Below, piece after piece: positions 58,434 through 64,000 of a DNA stretch of 64,000 nt. The stretch comes from Candidatus Altimarinota bacterium (GTDB lineage: Bacteria; Patescibacteriota; Gracilibacteria; JBDHUY01). The position numbers and the translations under genes are program-made. The notes beneath the pieces are model-generated. The model saw only the letters and a list, made by a program, of their open reading frames with translations, searched no databases and was not told the DNA's origin. Each line of letters begins with the position of its first letter. Position 1 is the first letter of the stretch. Location: assembly GCA_039809385.1 (NCBI GenBank), contig JBDHUY010000010.1:1-64000 (forward strand), in the 5' to 3' direction.

Positions 58434-60340
58434 CGTCGGCGTCGAAAGTCGCGTGACTGGTGAGTTGTTGCCGCCTTCTCTTTCGGTTCCGGATTGGCAG
58501 CTTTTTCTCCTGCAGCCTGATCTTTTTTGTCGATTTCGATGATGATCGGGATGATCAAAGGTTCTCGTCCGATTTTTTTCAGCACGAATTTTCCCAACCC
58601 CCGCCGCACTTCTTCTCGTATATCCCGGTGGGATTTTTGATTCTGTTGAACGGTGTTTCCGGTACTGCCGGTAGTTTGGGTAAAAATTTTACGTCCTTCT
58701 TGCGCAATTGAATCGGTCAGCTTTTCCAGCTCTTCCAGATAAATAAATCCGCGCGAAATGACTTTAGGCTGCCCGATAAGTGCTTGTTGCTGCTTGGTTA
58801 CTTTAAATACCAGGATCAGTACTCCGTCCTGTGACATTTTTTTGCGTTCTTCCAGTACCCTGGCACCTTCTTTTTCGGTTCCACCCAGTCCGTCTATATA
58901 GACATTTACCAGATCGAGGCCCTTGGCGTGAATTGCGGGCGGTTTGGGGCTGTGAATATCGATCACGTCCCCGTTCGATGGCAAGTAGATATCCTGCTCG
59001 GCCATGCCGGTTTTTATCGCCAGATCTTTGTGCGCAACCCGCATAAAGTATTCGCCATGTACCGGCATGAAGTATTTCGGCTGGGTGAGTTGCAGCATAA
59101 GCTTGAGGTCTTCTCGATTACCGTGACCGGTCGTGTGCAAATCCAAATCATCGTTTGTAATCACCAGAGCGCCTTTTTTGAGAAACTTGTTAATATTCTT
59201 TATAATCGCTCTTTCGTTACCAGTGCCCGGAATCGGATGAGAGGAGAACAGAATCGTGTCGCCTTTTTGAATTTCAACCTGGGCATGCTCGTCGTTGGCC
59301 ATACGGGTCAGCGCCGAAAATTCCTCGCCCTGACTTCCGGTACTGAGGATCATGACCTGGTGATCGGGGATGTCGTGAATGGCTTTGCTGATCTTGGAAA
59401 TGGCTTTTTCGGGATATTTCACATAGCCGAGACGTTTGGCTATGGCTAGATTCTCGACCATGCTGCGGCCGCTCAAAAATATTTTGCGCTCATACCGCAC
59501 TGCCGAATTGATGATCTGCTGCAACCGGGCCAAGTTGGAAGAAAACGAAGCAATAATAACTCGTCCTTTGGCATCTCTGATAACAGTATCCAGATTTTTT
59601 CCGACCTCAATCTCGGGCTTGGCATAGCCTTCTTTTGTGGCGTTTGTACTGTCGGACATTAGGAATAACACGCCCTTGTTCCCGGTCTCGATCAACTTTT
59701 CGAAATCAGGAATGTCGTTGGGCTGAGGGGCGGTGAAGTCGAATTTGAAATCGCCGGTATGGACGATCGTACCAATATTCGTATGCAGGATGACTGCGTA
59801 TGACCCTGGTACGTTATGGGTAATCCGGGCAAATTCGGCGCTAAAGGAGCCAAGCGTCAATTTTTCATTCCATTCTACGCTAGTAAGCCGGGTGGCATTT
59901 GTCAGTCCGACTTCTTCGAGTTGTTTCTGGATCAATCCGATGCTGATACGCGAGCCGAATACCGGTGGAAAGCCGATCTTGGGCAGTACATGCTTGAGCG
60001 CGCCGATATGATCCAGATGGCCGTGGGTAATGATGATGCCGCGGATTTTCTGTTTCTTTTTTTCCAAATAGGAAACATCCGGAATCACATAGTCTACTCC
60101 CAGCATAACGTCGTCGGGAAATTGCAGACCGCAGTCGATAATTACGATATCCTGACGGTTTTCAAAAACCATCATGTTTCGGCCTACCTGATCCAGTCCG
60201 CCCAACGGAATGATACGCAATAAGTTGTCTTTGGTTTGAAAGAACGATTTTTTAGGCATCTCTGCCGGCGGTTGCTGCGAGGAAGGTTTGTTTTTTTGTG
60301 GCAGAATTTTATCTTTCAGCCATTGTTCGAGATTTTTCAT
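58430..60340 (-). CDS. rnj: Ribonuclease J
   Basis: PLGGLDQVGRNM, THGHLDHIG, HTGDFKFD, TGSQGE and PVHGE. Confidence 0.95.
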   Translation of the reverse strand: MKNLEQWLKDKILPQKNKPSSQQPPAEMPKKSFFQTKDNLLRIIPLGGLDQVGRNMMVFENRQDIVIIDCGLQFPDDVMLGVDYVIPDVSYLEKKKQKIRGIIITHGHLDHIGALKHVLPKIGFPPVFGSRISIGLIQKQLEEVGLTNATRLTSVEWNEKLTLGSFSAEFARITHNVPGSYAVILHTNIGTIVHTGDFKFDFTAPQPNDIPDFEKLIETGNKGVLFLMSDSTNATKEGYAKPEIEVGKNLDTVIRDAKGRVIIASFSSNLARLQQIINSAVRYERKIFLSGRSMVENLAIAKRLGYVKYPEKAISKISKAIHDIPDHQVMILSTGSQGEEFSALTRMANDEHAQVEIQKGDTILFSSHPIPGTGNERAIIKNINKFLKKGALVITNDDLDLHTTGHGNREDLKLMLQLTQPKYFMPVHGEYFMRVAHKDLAIKTGMAEQDIYLPSNGDVIDIHSPKPPAIHAKGLDLVNVYIDGLGGTEKEGARVLEERKKMSQDGVLILVFKVTKQQQALIGQPKVISRGFIYLEELEKLTDSIAQEGRKIFTQTTGSTGNTVQQNQKSHRDIREEVRRGLGKFVLKKIGREPLIIPIIIEIDKKDQAAGEKAANPEPKEKAATTHQSRDFRRRR

Positions 60341-60584
60341 ATGTTTGTAAAGAATTAGTAAGAGCAGACCCATGTGTCTGCCCGTTAGTGATCAGCAAGT
60401 GCAAAGTGAAAAGTACAAAATGCAAAGTGCAAAGTTGAAGACAATGAGTTCAGCAGTTTTCGATGGATCGTTACCCTATATCTCCCCGCCAGTTCTCTCT
60501 ACATTCTCCCGACTCTGTTCTCCAACTGCTAGCTGTAAGCTCTTGACAGTATATCCCCAGTATACTGCTCCTCTCTCTGGTTGT

Positions 60585-60974
60585 CTAAGCTTTCCCGCGT
60601 AAAAAGAATTCGAGCCGGATGCCGTCGGGATCGTCCAGCCATATCTTTTCTTGGCTGCTGTGTTGATCTATGTGTATGCCGCTATGCTGAATTTTTTCAC
60701 GATTGAGGTGTTTTTCGATCTCCTGAAGTTCTTTCAGGGAAGATACGCCGAAAGCGACATGATTGAGGCCTACCCGGTCGGGATCAAAACGATCCGGTAG
60801 GGAAAGAGGGTGATACGCAGCCGAGATGAACAATCTGGTCTCTCCCATCTCGTACATAGAGGATTCCGTATCTTCGAAGTCAGGGGGACCAAAGACACGG
60901 ACGTAAAACTGTTTGCTTCTTTGTACGTCTAGGATGGTGAGTACGATGTGATCTATCGTCGGTCTTTTTCTCAT
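60585..60974 (-). CDS. VOC family protein
   Basis: IDHIVL, GLNHVAF and DPDGIRLE. Confidence 0.9.
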   Translation of the reverse strand: MRKRPTIDHIVLTILDVQRSKQFYVRVFGPPDFEDTESSMYEMGETRLFISAAYHPLSLPDRFDPDRVGLNHVAFGVSSLKELQEIEKHLNREKIQHSGIHIDQHSSQEKIWLDDPDGIRLEFFLRGKA

Positions 60975-60988
60975 ATGAGAAATATTCT

Positions 60989-61579
60989 TTATACGAGTGG
61001 TTTATCGTTGGTCGTGACCGATGAGGAAAATTGAGAAAACGCTTGTTTTTCACGAAGTGAGGATCGTTTCTCGCTGGCAATCTCGAGAATCCGCTTACTC
61101 ATATCGAACGAGCGCGGTACTAAATCCATCATGAATTCGCTTTTTTTGCCAGCGGTTTGTACCGAAACGTCGCCGTAATTGAGAATGGTTGGCAGAAATC
61201 CTTTCTGTTCAGCCGTAGCATCCTGAATATTTTCCAGAGGCGTGTCCGCCACACGACGGTGAAACAAATTTTCCTGGGTAATATCGACCAGCCGTTGATC
61301 GGTCACGACGAACAGATCCAGTTCGTCCAGCAGCAGGGTGATATAGCAATAGAGTATCACGAGCAATTCATACATTAACCCAAAGCATAGTAGTAATGCC
61401 CTGGCAAAATCATTGTCAGTGAAGGCCATGGTTGCCACGAAAAAAATAGCGATACCCGGAATAGCTCCCAAAAATAGAAATAGGGATAAGACTTTTACAA
61501 AACGAATCCAGTGTTTCTCAATCCATAACACGATAGTCTCGTCGGGGCGCTGTTCGGTAAAATGATGATGAAAAGCCAT
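60989..61579 (-). CDS. Bacterial PH-domain membrane protein
   Basis: Two TM helices; VVTDQRLVD..LENIQD..LNYGDVSVQTAG. Confidence 0.82.
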   Translation of the reverse strand: MAFHHHFTEQRPDETIVLWIEKHWIRFVKVLSLFLFLGAIPGIAIFFVATMAFTDNDFARALLLCFGLMYELLVILYCYITLLLDELDLFVVTDQRLVDITQENLFHRRVADTPLENIQDATAEQKGFLPTILNYGDVSVQTAGKKSEFMMDLVPRSFDMSKRILEIASEKRSSLREKQAFSQFSSSVTTNDKPLV

Positions 61580-61611
61580 GGGGACAAGTATCTAGTAGTA
61601 AGTATCTGGTA

Positions 61612-63048
61612 TTAGGTATGAGGTAGTTCACCATTGCTCTTCTTTTTCCGAGGAGCTTTGGTTGCTTTTCGGAGGGGGGCGGAGGCTTTTTTGGAAGGAG
61701 ATGAGGTGGTTCTTTTTTTAATAGTACTTTTTTGTGGTAGTTTTTCAACTACTTCGCTATTCATGGCCTTTTCCGGCTGGATTGATAATTCCAGCCCCAA
61801 GAGCGCCCATAGGGTTAACGCTACCGCCGATTCTTCCCAGGCATGTAAGACTATTCCCATGATCGATATTCCCAATAGAGCCAGAAATAGACCCAGCGTG
61901 GTATTCGAATGCTGTTTTCTATAGCGAGCCAATAGCTCTTTCAGTGTATATATTAAAATAAACAGAAAGAGCAGAATTCCCGGGATTCCCAACTCCAGCG
62001 ATATTTGCAGGTACCAGCTTTCGGGCAGCCAGCCAATGTTGTCGGCATTAAAGCGTGCCGATGCCGGGCCAGCGTTTCCAATCCCGTGTCCGAACGGATT
62101 TTGCAATGTATACAGAATTCCGTCGGTGCTTCTCTCCAGATGACCCTGATTGGAAGAAGCACGCAAAAATAGCTGTGAAACCGCTTCAAACTTAATTGCT
62201 GCAATTCCGATTCCGAGCAAGACGATAATTCCCAGGATTCCGGCTATTCGTTTGCGACTGACACGTTTTTGCCGCAAAAAAAATATTCCGCCCAATAAGA
62301 GCATGAAAGCGGCGGCGGCGTAACTACTTCTCGAATAGGTGAACCAGAGGCAAATAAGACTTGCGGCAAACAGTAAACCCCAGGCAAGTCTCTCTTTATT
62401 CGGTTGTAAAAAGCTATACGCGCCGGTAACCCCGATCAAAATGAGCAAATACGCTGCAAATTGATTGGGGCCCGACAAGGTACTCATGATACGCGGAATA
62501 TCGGCGTTTTGATCTACCGCATGATACATCGGCAATGCTTCGCCGGGAACCCAGGAACTGATATTGGGCGAGTAGCCGAACAGGAGCAGGATATCTTTGG
62601 GAAGGATCAATATCTGCAGCAATGCGAACAGTACTGCTAAAGTACCAGCACCCAGTGCGATCCGTACGAGTCTTTCAACGTCTGTCTTGCCAAACAAACG
62701 AGCTTGTCTCAAAACGAAAAACAGCCATAAAAATTCCAGATCGTATTTGAACCCGAAGAGACTTCTTCCCAATTCTTTGGTCTGAAAGAAGGCTGAGATG
62801 AGACTTAGAACAAAAAAAGCGATTATTACCAAGTCGAGAGTTTTCACTCGTGGTTTTTTCCGATACAAGAGCATGTCTACGAAACATCCCATCGTGATAA
62901 GTACCACTAATACTTCTTTCCAAGCATTCACGGGCAGATGTATATCCAGTCCAAACTGAATATAGGTTGTCAGGAGGGCGTTAAAAGGGAGCAATGCTAG
63001 CAGGATGGCGAGCAAAATGAAAGCTATTCTTTTTGTCATTGAGGGCAT
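61612..63048 (-). CDS. O-antigen ligase-family membrane protein
   Basis: Many TM helices; RIMSTLSGPNQFAAYL, TYSRS, PFGHGIG and ESWYLQISLELG; ATG 63048 or 63039 preferred over 63174. Confidence 0.85.
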   Translation of the reverse strand: MPSMTKRIAFILLAILLALLPFNALLTTYIQFGLDIHLPVNAWKEVLVVLITMGCFVDMLLYRKKPRVKTLDLVIIAFFVLSLISAFFQTKELGRSLFGFKYDLEFLWLFFVLRQARLFGKTDVERLVRIALGAGTLAVLFALLQILILPKDILLLFGYSPNISSWVPGEALPMYHAVDQNADIPRIMSTLSGPNQFAAYLLILIGVTGAYSFLQPNKERLAWGLLFAASLICLWFTYSRSSYAAAAFMLLLGGIFFLRQKRVSRKRIAGILGIIVLLGIGIAAIKFEAVSQLFLRASSNQGHLERSTDGILYTLQNPFGHGIGNAGPASARFNADNIGWLPESWYLQISLELGIPGILLFLFILIYTLKELLARYRKQHSNTTLGLFLALLGISIMGIVLHAWEESAVALTLWALLGLELSIQPEKAMNSEVVEKLPQKSTIKKRTTSSPSKKASAPLRKATKAPRKKKSNGELPHT

Positions 63049-63055
63049 GAAAATA

Positions 63056-64000
63056 TTAATATACTTCTTTACGGTAACAGAATTCGCAAAAAACGATTTC
63101 GGGACGGTCCGGGGCATAGGTGGTTTGAAAGGTGGCGGGACACTTTGTTGCCACGTTCGGTAGAGACGCAACACGTTGCGTCTCTACCGTGTGATGATTA
63201 TGACTGGTATTGTTACAATCACACTGTCTTTCCCAGAGCCTTCTGGGATTACGTAAAGCCAGACGGTCTTTATGCCTCTGATCGGGGTGTCGTCGTGGAA
63301 CGGGAATATTATGTTCACGATAGAACTGTAATTCTTGCTTGATGATGCGGTAGGGTTTTCCGGAGATTTCGCAAGTGAGAGCCCAGTTTACAATTTCGTC
63401 GGGGATGTCTTTGATGTTGTCGGGTAAACGTGTCATCTGGTCTTTGGTGATAATCTTTTCTACCTGAGGCGGAGGAGATTCGTAATCAGACCAATGAAAT
63501 ATTTGACCCTGTTGTAGAGACGTATTGCTATGCGTCTTTACAGAAATATCTTGCAAGACCTGTTCCCGTGTAAGAGGAAAATATTCCTGGGCGACGGTTT
63601 CGTTGTATCCGAAGGGGGAGAGGGCAGGCGGAAAGAATTCCCCCCATTCGTTGTTTTTTTGCATATGTTCGATGATCTGGGGAACGAGTTTTTCATATTC
63701 TGCTTTGGTGTACTGTTTGTTCAGAATGCAGTATTCTTTCCCTTGCAGTCCGATACAGCCGAAACAGTTCTTAATACGTAACGAATTATCGCAATACAGA
63801 ACGTTTTGGCAGTTATGCCAAACATCGTTACAGAAAGCCATGCTATAGATAGATCCGCCACAATTTTGGCTCTCATAGACAAGTTCGCACACCCGTCCCC
63901 AGACCGTAAAGTCGTAACAATCTTTGATTGGTCCTTCCTGAGATAAAACGTGGCAATATTTACAATCTTCCAAATACAAACAGTCGTAACATTCGAACGA
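63056..64000 (-). CDS. Conserved Cys-rich CPR-type hypothetical protein (5' end outside the window)
   Basis: NCFGCIGL..YCILNKQYTK, EWGEFFP..SPFGYNET, RRHPDQRH and VFCEFCY; frame is open to 64000. Confidence 0.85.
   Translation of the reverse strand, partial: SFECYDCLYLEDCKYCHVLSQEGPIKDCYDFTVWGRVCELVYESQNCGGSIYSMAFCNDVWHNCQNVLYCDNSLRIKNCFGCIGLQGKEYCILNKQYTKAEYEKLVPQIIEHMQKNNEWGEFFPPALSPFGYNETVAQEYFPLTREQVLQDISVKTHSNTSLQQGQIFHWSDYESPPPQVEKIITKDQMTRLPDNIKDIPDEIVNWALTCEISGKPYRIIKQELQFYREHNIPVPRRHPDQRHKDRLALRNPRRLWERQCDCNNTSHNHHTVETQRVASLPNVATKCPATFQTTYAPDRPEIVFCEFCYRKEVY
63160..63187. repeat. GTAG-type REP-like palindrome inside a CDS
   Basis: GTAGAGACGCAACACGTTGCGTCTCTAC. Confidence 0.8.
63514..63541. 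repeat. Degenerate GTAG-type REP-like palindrome inside a CDS
   Basis: GTAGAGACGTATTGCTATGCGTCTTTAC. Confidence 0.7.

Overview
Bacterial chromosomal window, standard genetic code 11. Gene content points to a Patescibacteria/CPR organism, probably Peregrinibacteria-like (inference from SLH proteins, a Cys-rich CPR-type hypothetical, start codons lacking Shine-Dalgarno sites, and heptamer and palindromic intergenic repeats). The backbone carries a DUF4331-SLH/TPR/Ni-Co transporter cluster, pgl, zwf, gnd, proB, pgi, cyclophilin, trxB, a PilT-like ATPase, a UvrD-nuclease, ftsE, tRNA-Arg(TCT), an AlkD-family protein and rnj. An accessory block at about 28.4-44.9 kb holds the most unusual content. 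(1) A NYN nuclease has a convergent structured small-RNA candidate. (2) A 1.5-kaa protein joins 7 tandem ~66-aa repeats, hypervariable at fixed positions, to an SNF2 helicase and a SAM methyltransferase; it is followed by an AAG/MPG glycosylase-like gene lacking its catalytic Glu. (3) A HEXXH-peptidase/vWA gene and a MoxR-like AAA+ ATPase precede a tandem array of LRR genes that share an 'MHLC' coiled-coil leader, with relic cassettes. Also seen: a shared TGTAAA-N6-TTTACA operator, a pseudoknot-like sRNA candidate before pgi, and REP-like palindromes inserted in frame in genes. All family calls come from motif recognition by eye; no database search was run.
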